DNA from: an uncultured Gammaproteobacteria bacterium
Lineage (GTDB): Bacteria > Patescibacteriota > Microgenomatia > Daviesbacterales > UBA10151
Direction: 5' to 3'
DNA: 64,000 bases
NCBI GenBank assembly: GCA_964500725.1
Contig: CAZCNP010000002.1
Span: 69,347-133,346, forward strand
The notes beneath the pieces are model-generated. The model saw only the letters and a program-made list of their open reading frames with translations. It ran no database searches and was not told the origin of the DNA. Made by a program: the position numbers and the translations under genes. Positions 29,598 to 39,698 of this stretch are shown in pieces; the first letter of the stretch is position 1; every line of letters starts with the position of its first letter.

Positions 29598-30497
29598 ATG
29601 CAAAACAAAATATCAGTTGTAATAAATGCATTAAATGAAGAGAAAAATATAGCAAAAGCTATAACCTCAGTTGGTTGGGCAAACGAGATTATAGTCTGTG
29701 ATATGCATTCTGGGGATGGTACTGTTGAGACAGCAAAAAAACTTGGAGCAAAAGTCGTCTATCATAAAAAAGAAGAATATGTAGAGCGCGCCCGTAATTT
29801 TGCTATCTCTAAAGCTTCAAATGATTGGGTTTTAATCCTTGACCCTGATGAGCAAATTCCAGAGAGTTTGGCAAAAAGGTTGCAAGAGATTGCTGCAGGC
29901 ATGGAGAGGATAAATTATGTTAGATTGCCTAGAAAGAATATAATTTTTAATTATTATATGCAGTCTGCGATGTGGTGGCCAGATTACAATATAAGATTTT
30001 TTAGAAAAGGTCAGGTAAAGTGGACTAATAAAATTCACAAAGATCCTGAAGTATTTGGGGAAGGGATAGATTTATCGGAAGATGAAAAATGGGCGATTAT
30101 TCATAACCACTATAACTCTTTGATGCAGTTTCTTGAGCGTATGATCAGATACACTAAAATACAGGCAGAGGAACTAGTCCAGGATGGTTATAAGTTTGAC
30201 TGGAAAGACTTAATTAAAAAACCATTAGGGGAATTTTTAAGTAGGTTTTTTGCCAACCGCGGCTTTAGAGATGGTTTGCATGGTTTAGCGCTAAGCTTGC
30301 TTCAATCATTCTCATTTTTAATTGTATATCTCCGAGTTTGGGAAATAGAAAGGTTTCCATCCCAGCAGGTAAATCTTTCAGAGCTTAAGCAAGTAAGTAA
30401 TCAATCTGCGGTTGAAATTAAATATTGGTTTAACTATGCAAATTTATCGAAAAATTCATTCAAGAGGTTTTTTCAAAAAATAAAAAACAAAATCTAA
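29598..30497 (+). CDS. GT2, beta-1,4-glucosyltransferase-like (WaaE/KdtX type)
   Basis: NEE, RNFAI..A..DW.LILDPDE, WWPDY..RFF, IH, G.RDGLHG. Confidence 0.85.
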   Translation: MQNKISVVINALNEEKNIAKAITSVGWANEIIVCDMHSGDGTVETAKKLGAKVVYHKKEEYVERARNFAISKASNDWVLILDPDEQIPESLAKRLQEIAAGMERINYVRLPRKNIIFNYYMQSAMWWPDYNIRFFRKGQVKWTNKIHKDPEVFGEGIDLSEDEKWAIIHNHYNSLMQFLERMIRYTKIQAEELVQDGYKFDWKDLIKKPLGEFLSRFFANRGFRDGLHGLALSLLQSFSFLIVYLRVWEIERFPSQQVNLSELKQVSNQSAVEIKYWFNYANLSKNSFKRFFQKIKNKI

Positions 30498-31298
30498 ATG
30501 CTTAGTGTAATTATTATTAGTAAAAATGAGGAAAGTAGGATTAAAGCCTGTTTGGAATCTGTTAGTTGGGCTGATGAGATTATTGTTGTAGATAATGGGT
30601 CTTTCGATCAAACTTTAGATATTGCAAAAAAATATACCAATAAAATTTTTGAGAGGAGTTTTGATAATTTTGCATCGTGGCGTAATTTCGCTACTGAGAA
30701 GGCGTCGGGTGATTGGTTACTATTTGTAGATCCAGATGAGAGGGTGGTTGATTCTTTGCGAGTTGAGATAGAAGCTATGGTAAGCTTTTCCGATTTTGCC
30801 GCATATGCAATTTCACGAAAAAACATTATTTTTGGGAAGGAAGTTAAATACGGTCCTTTTTGGCCAGATTGGGTAATAAGGTTGATAAAAAAGAGCAGCT
30901 TTGAAGGGTGGGTTGGCAGTGTGCATGAATATCCCAAATTTAATGGCAAGCTGGGGTACAGCAAGAATTCATTGCTTCATCTGACACATCGAAATATTGA
31001 TCAAATTACTCTTAAGAGTTTAGAGTGGTCCAAAATTGATGCAAAGCTTAGATTGGAAATGAACCATCCCAGGATGTCTGGCTGGAGATTTATTAGGATA
31101 TTACTTACTGAAACTTTTAAACAAGGGATTTTAAGGAAGGGTTTTTTTAATGGGGCTATCGGTACGATGGATTCGCTTTTACAGGTTTTCAGCTTGATGA
31201 TAACCTATATTAGGTTATGGGAGATGCAGCAACCGAAGTCATTAAAGGAGAAATATGATCAGTTGGACCAGGATTTAATTAATAATAATTTTAAATAA
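30498..31298 (+). CDS. GT2, beta-1,4-glucosyltransferase-like (WaaE/KdtX type)
   Basis: KNEE, VDNGS.D, RNFA..A.GDW..FVDPDE, WPD...RL, VHE. Confidence 0.85.
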   Translation: MLSVIIISKNEESRIKACLESVSWADEIIVVDNGSFDQTLDIAKKYTNKIFERSFDNFASWRNFATEKASGDWLLFVDPDERVVDSLRVEIEAMVSFSDFAAYAISRKNIIFGKEVKYGPFWPDWVIRLIKKSSFEGWVGSVHEYPKFNGKLGYSKNSLLHLTHRNIDQITLKSLEWSKIDAKLRLEMNHPRMSGWRFIRILLTETFKQGILRKGFFNGAIGTMDSLLQVFSLMITYIRLWEMQQPKSLKEKYDQLDQDLINNNFK

Positions 31299-32375
31299 GT
31301 GAAAATTGCAATTTACTCTCCATACCTTGATACCTTCGGCGGCGGGGAAAAATACATGATGACTATTGCTGAGGTGTTATCTTCTGGTAATAGTGTTGAT
31401 GTATTCTTAGATAAGCATCTTGAAGCTGTAGGTGGGGAGAGATTAAAAGATGAATTATCAAAACGGTTTAATTTAAACCTTCAAACGGTAAGGTTTATTA
31501 AAGCTCCTGTTGGAAAGAATTCCTCACATGTTTTGCGAATGATTTATTTAAAAAAATACGGCGCGCTTTTTTATTTAACTGATGGAAGTATTTTCTATCC
31601 AACAGCCAGGAAAAATTTTTTGCATATACAATCTCCTCTTGTGGGTCAGCCAGCAAAAAGTCTGTGGGGAAAGATTAAGCTTACAGGTTGGGATTTGGCT
31701 ATTTATAATTCTTTGTTTACACAACAGTTTTCCAGGGAGAATTGGAAGATTAAATCAAGGGTTATATACCCTCCTGTTGGTACAGATTGCATTAAACCAT
31801 TAATAAAGAAAAAATATATCCTTTCAGTGGGGCGTTTTTTTGGATATTTGAAAGACAAAAAGCACAAAGAATTAATTAATGCCTTCAAAAGTTTGTGTAA
31901 AGATAGAAAAGCACAAGATTGGAGTTTGCATTTAGTAGGGTCTGCTGGGGAAGGTGATCAAGATTATATAACTCATTTAAAGAATCTTGCCAAAGATATA
32001 CCTGTAAACTTTTATCCAAATTTAGGTTATGATGAATTAATTAAACTTTATGGGCAATCTTCAATTTATTGGCATGCAGCGGGATTTGAAGAAGTTGATC
32101 CAACTAAGATGGAGCACTTTGGCATTGCAACAGTCGAAGCTATGGCAGGAGGCTGTGTTCCTGTGGTAATAGGCAAGGGCGGACAGAAAGAAATCGTTGA
32201 GCATGAAAAAACCGGCTTTCTGTGGGATGATCTGGATCAACTGCAAAAGTTTACTATAAAATTAATTACAGATGAGAGTCTTTGGACACGGATGTCAAAT
32301 GAGGCTCTAAGCAGATCAAAGGATTTTAATAGGAAAAGGTTTCAGGAGGAAATTTTAAGTTTAATACAGAAATGA
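31299..32375 (+). CDS. GT4 (GT-B) glycosyltransferase
   Basis: GGGEKY, SVGRF, EHFGIATVEAM..G.VPV (EX7E). Confidence 0.88.
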   Translation: MKIAIYSPYLDTFGGGEKYMMTIAEVLSSGNSVDVFLDKHLEAVGGERLKDELSKRFNLNLQTVRFIKAPVGKNSSHVLRMIYLKKYGALFYLTDGSIFYPTARKNFLHIQSPLVGQPAKSLWGKIKLTGWDLAIYNSLFTQQFSRENWKIKSRVIYPPVGTDCIKPLIKKKYILSVGRFFGYLKDKKHKELINAFKSLCKDRKAQDWSLHLVGSAGEGDQDYITHLKNLAKDIPVNFYPNLGYDELIKLYGQSSIYWHAAGFEEVDPTKMEHFGIATVEAMAGGCVPVVIGKGGQKEIVEHEKTGFLWDDLDQLQKFTIKLITDESLWTRMSNEALSRSKDFNRKRFQEEILSLIQK

Positions 32376-33487
32376 AAAAAGTATGGGTTATCTTAATAAT
32401 AGGAGTTTTGATAAGGATTTTATTATCTTATGCTACTTTTCATCCTGATATTGAAGCCATAAGGCAAGGGGGACAGGTTTTTTCAGAGGGACATATTTTA
32501 AATTTATATGACTATAGTTCTGATGCAAATATTCTAAATTATCCCCCTTTAATATACTGGTTTTTTGGAATATTTAATTTAATCTTCGGAAGCACCATAT
32601 GGCTATATAAGTTACCATATTTAGTTTTTGATTTATTATTAGGTTATTTAATCTACAAACTGGTATCTCCAAATAAAGCAATATTTGCCTTTGGGCTTTG
32701 GATATTTAACCCTATTAATTTGTATGCAACTTATATGATGGGTCAGTTTGATATTATTCCTACCTTTTTTTCCTTTCTTTCAATATATTTAGCCTTTAAG
32801 GGCAAACTAAATTGGGCAGCGCTTGCTTTGGGGGGTGGTATTGCTTTTAAGCTATATCCAATATTTTTGATTGTTCCGCTGATGTTGCTGGGGAAAGGGA
32901 TTGGAGCAAAGGTAAAGCTACTAATTCTTTCTGTCTTACCATATATTATTTCAATTCTGCCATATCTTCCCTCGCCAAGCTTTAGGTCAACAGCATTGTT
33001 GGCAAATCAAAGTTCAAAAAGCCTTTATGCTAGTATTCCTGTATCAGGCGGGGAGTCTATAATTTTATTTCCAGCTTTTTTATTACTCTTTTATCTTTTG
33101 ATACATAATTTTAGAATAAAGTTAGAAGCATGGAAATTATATTTAATCCCTCTTCTATTATTTTTTATCTTTACCCATTATCATCCTCAATGGTTAATTT
33201 GGATAACACCATTTTTGGTTTTAGATCTGGCAGTAAATAAATTTAAAAATATCTTGCTAGTTTTAATAATCTTTGGGAGCTGGTTTGGATCGTTGTTTTT
33301 CTTTGATCCATCACTCACGATTGGACTCTTTAGCCCTCTTTTTCCCATATTAAAAGATACTGCAGATATATGGGCATTGCTGCATTTAAATTTAGAATAT
33401 AATTTATCAAGAAGTATATTGCAAACAATTTTTGCTTCTAGTTCAATCTATTTAATCTTCAATTACCTATTTAATAAAGATGCTTAA
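32372..33487 (+). CDS. GT-C glycosyltransferase, GT87/PIG-M-like
   Basis: HPD, NYPPL, K.PY..FD, FNP......MGQFD..P, FKLYP, HPQW..W. Confidence 0.72.
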   Translation: MKKVWVILIIGVLIRILLSYATFHPDIEAIRQGGQVFSEGHILNLYDYSSDANILNYPPLIYWFFGIFNLIFGSTIWLYKLPYLVFDLLLGYLIYKLVSPNKAIFAFGLWIFNPINLYATYMMGQFDIIPTFFSFLSIYLAFKGKLNWAALALGGGIAFKLYPIFLIVPLMLLGKGIGAKVKLLILSVLPYIISILPYLPSPSFRSTALLANQSSKSLYASIPVSGGESIILFPAFLLLFYLLIHNFRIKLEAWKLYLIPLLLFFIFTHYHPQWLIWITPFLVLDLAVNKFKNILLVLIIFGSWFGSLFFFDPSLTIGLFSPLFPILKDTADIWALLHLNLEYNLSRSILQTIFASSSIYLIFNYLFNKDA

Positions 33488-34949
33488 AAGTGTAAGTTTG
33501 CTTCTAATTTTTAGCTTAATAACATTTTTTTTATTTACTTATAGAATTACAGATGTTCCACCAGGAATTAATGGTGATGAAGCAGCAATTGGCACAAGCG
33601 CGGCATTAATTTCAAAAACGGGATACGACGCACAGCAACAGTTTTTACCTTTATTTACAAATACGATAAATTCTCCGGATTGGAAACAGCCGGTTACTGT
33701 ATATGCTACAGCTTTAGTTTTTAAAATATTTGGAGTTTCATATTTTGCATTGCGGGCCACCAGTGTAATTTTTGTTGTTCTAAGTTTGTTGTTTATCTAT
33801 TTGCTAGTTAAGGAGATAGCAGATACAAAGGTAGCAATAGCAGCTGCTTTCCTTTTTTTAACAACGCCTATTGTAATGATCCAATCACATTTAGCTATAG
33901 AAAATATTGCCCCAGTGCCATTTGTATCTGCTTGGTTATTAATGCTTATCAAATTTACCAAGAAGCAAAATTACAAATTATTAATGCTAGCTGGAGCATT
34001 TTTGGGAATAAGTTTATTTTCTTATTTAGGAATGAGAGTGATTGCTCCAGTGTTTTTTGTGCTTACACTTGTATATGTTTATTATTTAAATAGGGTAACA
34101 AAAGGTCAATATTTAAACACTATTAAATGGTTTTTAGTGGGGTTTGTGCCTTTCATTCTAGTATTATTGCTTTCCAAGTTTAATTATACGGGAGTTTTAT
34201 TAGGGCAATATAGACTATATAAAATTGAAGATTATCAAACATTAATTTTGCCATATTTATCAACTTTTGACCCATCTTTCCTATTCTTAAGGGGTGATTC
34301 AACTCCTTATCACTCAACTGGTAAACAAGGTATGTTTTTGCTTGCAAGTTTACCTATGTTTATTCTGGGGCTGGTAAATATAATAAAAACTAAGAAACCT
34401 ATTCTAATTTTAATACTGATGTCCTTCTTTTTAGCCCCTTTGCTTTTTGGACTAGGTTCTACTATTTATAGAGCAAGCAGACTGCTAGCGATGATTCCAT
34501 TTTATATTGTGATTGCAAGTGTAGGTATACAGCAGATACTTGCAGTTAGGCAGCAACAGGTGCGTAAAGGAATATTGGTAATAGTTACATTACTAATAAG
34601 CTTAAATTTTGTTGATTTTTTGAATGATTATTGGTATCAATATCCTCAAAGGGTAAAAGCAGACTTTGCAAAACCAATACACGATGTTTATAAGGGGTTA
34701 GCAACTACTGCAAAGGAAAAAAACTTAACTCCCTATGCAGAGTATTACCTTTTTAAACAATATCCAGATGCTGAAACTTTCTTTAAATGGATATATTTCC
34801 CCCAGGGCTTATCTGAGTGGTATAGAGAAAAAGAGATCCCTCCACAAAGTATAATTTTGACGGATTTAAGTAATTTTAAGTCCAAAGAAAAAATTAGCAC
34901 TATTAAGGTAGAAGAACTGGATTATTATTTCATAATTCGAACAAAGTGA
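33480..34949 (+). CDS. ArnT-like GT-C glycosyltransferase
   Basis: PPGINGDE, KTGYD....LP, KQP, LFLRGD..PYH. Confidence 0.8.
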   Translation: MLKSVSLLLIFSLITFFLFTYRITDVPPGINGDEAAIGTSAALISKTGYDAQQQFLPLFTNTINSPDWKQPVTVYATALVFKIFGVSYFALRATSVIFVVLSLLFIYLLVKEIADTKVAIAAAFLFLTTPIVMIQSHLAIENIAPVPFVSAWLLMLIKFTKKQNYKLLMLAGAFLGISLFSYLGMRVIAPVFFVLTLVYVYYLNRVTKGQYLNTIKWFLVGFVPFILVLLLSKFNYTGVLLGQYRLYKIEDYQTLILPYLSTFDPSFLFLRGDSTPYHSTGKQGMFLLASLPMFILGLVNIIKTKKPILILILMSFFLAPLLFGLGSTIYRASRLLAMIPFYIVIASVGIQQILAVRQQQVRKGILVIVTLLISLNFVDFLNDYWYQYPQRVKADFAKPIHDVYKGLATTAKEKNLTPYAEYYLFKQYPDAETFFKWIYFPQGLSEWYREKEIPPQSIILTDLSNFKSKEKISTIKVEELDYYFIIRTK

Positions 34950-34962
34950 GAATTATAATTTT

Positions 34963-36588
34963 TTAAAATATTTGTTTACATGTCGGTTTAGGATTTGTGC
35001 TATAACCCCGTAATACTACTTTATTATCTGGGCCCTTAACTTCAAATAATAAAGTTAAGTTATGATCTTTACTTTGCTTTTCAGAGATTGATAAAGCATC
35101 TCCTACCAGAATTGTATTTTTGGAGCATAAATCCACTTCCCATATAAAAGGTCTGACAGTTATATTATCCATTTTATAAATTTCTTGGACTGCAACTTCT
35201 GAGCTGTAGTAATTTGTTGTTAGCTGAGGACGCAGGGTTTTTGCTAATTTATTGGCATCAAACCTTCTTAAATAAGCAATTCGAAGTCCTATACCTGAAT
35301 CACGTTGCGAGTCTACAACAATTTTTTTGTCCTTATAGGGTTTTAGATAATTGTTAAGGTCAGTATAGGTTTTTCCAAAGTACTCATTAGATTCATATTT
35401 AAAAAGGACAGCATGAGATACATAAAAAGCAATTATAGAATATACTATTAAGAAGCCCAAGAGAGTGAAGCCGATTAACCTATTATTGATAGAAGTAAAA
35501 ATAACATAAATCCCTAAAGCGACAATAACAGATATAAGCCATAAAAATTCTAAGATTCTCAAAGGATAAAAAAGGTCTCCGGTTAAAGAAGTAGAAACTA
35601 AGGATAGAGGGACAAGAAGAATTATTATTTTAGAAGAATAATTTCTGATATCTTTTAAAAGATAAACTAGACCTACCAAAAATGGTATAAATAACCAGCT
35701 GTAAAATACTCCTAAATCTGGAGATGTTCTCCCTAAAGCGCTTCCCATATCGGCAAAAAGATTTCGGGGGGAAATATAATCTAAAAAATGCTTAATAAAT
35801 TCTGTGGTTAAATAAATAATTCTAGGTAAATCTCCTGGATCATTGTTAAAATAGCTCACTTGAGCAAACCTTCTGGCATAGGCTCCAGTTGTTAATATCC
35901 ATAAATGAGGAATTTGTGTTATTCCAAAAACTATAAAACCCAGTAATATAGCTAATTTATGTTTTAAATAAACCTTCCAAAATAAAAATAAAAATAAAGG
36001 AATAAAAAGTATAATGAGTATTCTTTCGCTATAGTAAGCTTGTGTAGCAAGGCCTAGCACAAGTAATGAGATAGGAAAGAGTCTAGGGTGCTTTAGCGAT
36101 CGTACAATTAAATACAATCCCCCTAAAAAAGTGGCTAGTCCTAAATTACTTTCTACCACTCGCCGGCTAAATTGTATAGCCCAAGGAGAGATGCTAACCA
36201 CTAAAGCAGCAATTATCCCTAGGGTATATCTGAACTTTTTTTCTATCAACTCTACTACAATAAGATAAGTAAGTATTACTATTACAACTCCAGAAAAAGC
36301 TGAAAGAAATCTTGCAGAATAAACAGTATTACCCAGAATTATAACAGGTATGATAGAAAGATAGGTGTAAATTGGTGGCTGATAGGAGCCAAAGGCCCGA
36401 AATAATATTGGAAAATATTCCCCATATCTGTCGTGTCCAGTTGTACCTAAAGAGAAAGCATTATATGCTTGCGAAACTTCATCTTGATGAAAACCCATTG
36501 GGATACTATCTAATCTATAGAACCTTAGTAAAATAGCTAAAACTATTACTAAGAATAAAGGTAGATATATTTTTTTAAACTTTGACAT
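34963..36588 (-). CDS. ArnT-like GT-C glycosyltransferase
   Basis: P.GFHQDE....YNAFSL..TG.D.YG...P..FRAFG.YQPP, SPW...FSR...E. Confidence 0.82.
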   Translation of the reverse strand: MSKFKKIYLPLFLVIVLAILLRFYRLDSIPMGFHQDEVSQAYNAFSLGTTGHDRYGEYFPILFRAFGSYQPPIYTYLSIIPVIILGNTVYSARFLSAFSGVVIVILTYLIVVELIEKKFRYTLGIIAALVVSISPWAIQFSRRVVESNLGLATFLGGLYLIVRSLKHPRLFPISLLVLGLATQAYYSERILIILFIPLFLFLFWKVYLKHKLAILLGFIVFGITQIPHLWILTTGAYARRFAQVSYFNNDPGDLPRIIYLTTEFIKHFLDYISPRNLFADMGSALGRTSPDLGVFYSWLFIPFLVGLVYLLKDIRNYSSKIIILLVPLSLVSTSLTGDLFYPLRILEFLWLISVIVALGIYVIFTSINNRLIGFTLLGFLIVYSIIAFYVSHAVLFKYESNEYFGKTYTDLNNYLKPYKDKKIVVDSQRDSGIGLRIAYLRRFDANKLAKTLRPQLTTNYYSSEVAVQEIYKMDNITVRPFIWEVDLCSKNTILVGDALSISEKQSKDHNLTLLFEVKGPDNKVVLRGYSTNPKPTCKQIF

Positions 36589-37990
36589 ATTTTAGTGCCC
36601 TTAAAATTTGTATCAACCCTAGATAAATAGCTAGATTAACAAAGGGAACGTATAATAAATATCCATACGTTCCTGTTGCGGATAAGAATCCTCCTGCTAT
36701 AAACACAGACAATAGATAAATAACTAATAATTTAGTAATTTTTTTTGATAGATTATATAGTCCTAATATAAATAGTGGAAGGAAAAATAGAGAAATTACA
36801 TTTCTGGTATTAAAAAACAAATTAAAATCCAAATGGGAAAATAGATTATAATTATATTTTATAATAATAGGTCGAAAGAAGCTTGCATATCCAATACCTA
36901 TTTTATTTTTATAAAATCTTCCGAACTCACTGGCAAAATATTCATGTCTTGAAGCTAATTTGTCTGCTTCGAAAGTAGTTAAATGAAATAGATCACGATC
37001 AAAACTATTTAGCAAGGAGATCAGTAGTAAGGCGCTTAATAGAGTGAAGAAGAGCAGTTTGGTAATAATATTATTTCTAATATAACTAAAATAAAGTAGG
37101 ATACTTACCGCAAAAAGAACAAACGTGAAGATTAAGTTAGACTGGAACATTTTATGCAAACTTATATTTATTAACGAGATGGTTGAAATAGCTAGAAGAT
37201 GGTATTTTATTTTAGATACGCTTTGGTCTGTATTAATAAATTGATCATCCTTTATAATGCCAAGATTGTGAAGATATAGTTTTATTATTACCCAAAAGCC
37301 ATCCAAGATAAATTTGGTGCCTTTTAGGAATTTAATGGAAGAAGCCTTTTGATGATACCTTGTGGGAATTGCAATCTCTCCAACAGAAAATCCATGATTT
37401 AACGCAGAGATAGTCATTTCTTGATCAAAAACAAAGTCATTTGAAAATTGATCAAACGGAATTGTTTTAAGAAGAGTACTAGAATATGCACGAAATCCAG
37501 AAAAATGTTCTGTAAAATTTACTCCCAGTAGAACGTTTTGGATTAAGCATACAATTCGATTTACATAATACTTGAGTGGAGGCATGCCGCCTGCTAAAGC
37601 CCCATTTTTGTTAGCAATACGGCTCCCAAACATAAAATCATACCTACCTCTTGCAATTGGATTTATTAAATCCTCTATCATTGATGCATCATATTGATAA
37701 TCGGGATGAAGCATGACAACAATGTCCGGTTTTAATTTTAAAGCTTCCTTATAACATGTTTTTTGATTTGCCCCATAACCTAAATTATTGATATGTTCAA
37801 ATACTTTAATGCCGAGTTTTCTTGCAACTTTAATGGTCTGGTCGCTGCTGCCGTCATCAACCAAAATAATATATTTTTTAAGGTGTTTAGGGATTTCATG
37901 ATAGGTATCGTAAACAGTTTTTGCTGCATTAAAAGCAGGCATTACTATTACAATTTTAGGGGTTTTCCTATGTAAAATAGCGCTTGGCAT
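36575..37990 (-). CDS. GT2 (DPM-like) fused to a C-terminal membrane domain
   Basis: VMPAFNA, VDDGSSD, NLGYGANQKTCY, MLHPDYQY, GSR, SGFRAY and FVFD, followed by about 5-6 hydrophobic segments. Confidence 0.82.
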   Translation of the reverse strand: MPSAILHRKTPKIVIVMPAFNAAKTVYDTYHEIPKHLKKYIILVDDGSSDQTIKVARKLGIKVFEHINNLGYGANQKTCYKEALKLKPDIVVMLHPDYQYDASMIEDLINPIARGRYDFMFGSRIANKNGALAGGMPPLKYYVNRIVCLIQNVLLGVNFTEHFSGFRAYSSTLLKTIPFDQFSNDFVFDQEMTISALNHGFSVGEIAIPTRYHQKASSIKFLKGTKFILDGFWVIIKLYLHNLGIIKDDQFINTDQSVSKIKYHLLAISTISLINISLHKMFQSNLIFTFVLFAVSILLYFSYIRNNIITKLLFFTLLSALLLISLLNSFDRDLFHLTTFEADKLASRHEYFASEFGRFYKNKIGIGYASFFRPIIIKYNYNLFSHLDFNLFFNTRNVISLFFLPLFILGLYNLSKKITKLLVIYLLSVFIAGGFLSATGTYGYLLYVPFVNLAIYLGLIQILRALKYVKV

Positions 37991-38027
37991 ACGATATATA
38001 TTTGTAGGATAATTGATTTAGAATAAT

Positions 38028-39698
38028 ATGACAACACTTAATCCAATGGATAGAAAATCTTTACTCTCTCTTGCAATTATCATCCTTCTATCATTCATGT
38101 TAAGGTTTTATCAAGTTACCAATAACCCTCCTGCTTTAAATTGGGATGAGGTGTCTATTGGCTATAATGCCTTCTCGATCCTAAAAACAGGTAAAGACGA
38201 ATGGAATAAACCGTTTCCGATACATTTTAAAGCCTATGGTGAATATAAGCTGCCTATGCAAATTTATGCCAGTATCCCAGGGATATACGTTTTTGGTCTT
38301 AATGAATTAGGGGTAAGAGTTACTCCGGTTATTTATGGAACGCTAACAGTATTGGTTATGTTCTTTTTAGGAAGAGCGCTTTTTGTAAGCCAATTGGCTG
38401 GTTTGGCTGCCGCATTTTTATTGGGGGTTTCTCCGTGGCATATTCAGCTTACTAGAGGTTCTTTTGAGGCCTCTTTTGCAACTTTTTGGGTAGTTTTGGG
38501 AGTTTGGTTTTTAGTTAAAGGTTTTAGAGATCAAAAGTGGTTGGTTTTTTCAATGATTCCTTTTGCCTTATCTGTTTTTACCTATAATTCAGCAAGAATT
38601 TTTTCACCGTTATTTTTATTTACAATTTTAATTATATATAGAAAAACACTATCTAAATTTAAAAAAGCTATTTCTGCTGCAATTTTGCTTTTTACAATTC
38701 TACTTATTCCACTTGTACCTTTTTTATTTAGTGGAGATAGAAGCGCAAGGTATAAATTAGTCAGCATTACAGATGACCCAGGGTTGATTCCGCGCATCAA
38801 TGAAAACAGAGGGCTCTCAAAATTGTCTTCACCACTTCCTAAATTAATTCATAACAAAGTAACATACGTAACATTTTATTTTACTAGAAATTATTTGGCT
38901 CACTTTAGTCCACAGTTTCTTTTTATCTCAGGGGCGCCTCATAAACAACATCATGTTCAGAATATGGGACAACTTTATTTGTTTCAAGCACCGTTTCTTT
39001 TGCTAGGTTTGTATGCTCTTATTGCCTTTAAAAATAAGTATAAAGGATTACTGTTTACTTGGGTGTTGTTAGCATTTGTACCTGTATCTGTAACCAATGA
39101 TAGTATCCCGCACGCTTTAAGGACATTAATAGCAGCTCCTTTTTATCAATTAGTTTCTGGGTATGGCTTTTTAGTATCTTTAAATTGGTTAAAGAAATAC
39201 TCAAAAAATATTAAAATATCTTTTGGTGCAATAGTGCTCACTATTATAGTGATTAGTTTAGGTTATTATCTAAATCAATATTACAAAATTTATCCAAATA
39301 AATACTCTAGAGATTGGCAATATGGGTATAAGCAAGTAGTAGATTATATAAATGAGCATAAGGATGAATACGATATGATAGTTTTTTCCCGACATTATGG
39401 TGAGCCTCATATGTTTACCTTATTTTTCTTAAACTATGATCCTGCGAAGTATCAAGCTGATCCAAACTTAAATAGAGTAGAAACAAATAATTGGGTATGG
39501 GTGCTACAGTTTAATAAGTTTTATTTTCCAGACTTGGGTGATAAAGGAACGAAGCAAAGAGATATACTGGAGCAATATAAAGGTAAACGCATATTATTTA
39601 TAGGAAAAAATGGGGATTTCCCATATGGCGGCAGAAAACTAAAAGAGATTTACTTTCTTGATGGTAGTTCAGCCTTTCTAATAGTTGATAACAAATGA
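38028..39698 (+). CDS. ArnT-like GT-C glycosyltransferase
   Basis: PPALNWDEVSIGYNAFSILKTGKDEW, YGEYKLP, SPWH...TR..FE, PHALR, WQYGYKQ. Alternative start at 38046. Confidence 0.85.
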   Translation: MTTLNPMDRKSLLSLAIIILLSFMLRFYQVTNNPPALNWDEVSIGYNAFSILKTGKDEWNKPFPIHFKAYGEYKLPMQIYASIPGIYVFGLNELGVRVTPVIYGTLTVLVMFFLGRALFVSQLAGLAAAFLLGVSPWHIQLTRGSFEASFATFWVVLGVWFLVKGFRDQKWLVFSMIPFALSVFTYNSARIFSPLFLFTILIIYRKTLSKFKKAISAAILLFTILLIPLVPFLFSGDRSARYKLVSITDDPGLIPRINENRGLSKLSSPLPKLIHNKVTYVTFYFTRNYLAHFSPQFLFISGAPHKQHHVQNMGQLYLFQAPFLLLGLYALIAFKNKYKGLLFTWVLLAFVPVSVTNDSIPHALRTLIAAPFYQLVSGYGFLVSLNWLKKYSKNIKISFGAIVLTIIVISLGYYLNQYYKIYPNKYSRDWQYGYKQVVDYINEHKDEYDMIVFSRHYGEPHMFTLFFLNYDPAKYQADPNLNRVETNNWVWVLQFNKFYFPDLGDKGTKQRDILEQYKGKRILFIGKNGDFPYGGRKLKEIYFLDGSSAFLIVDNK

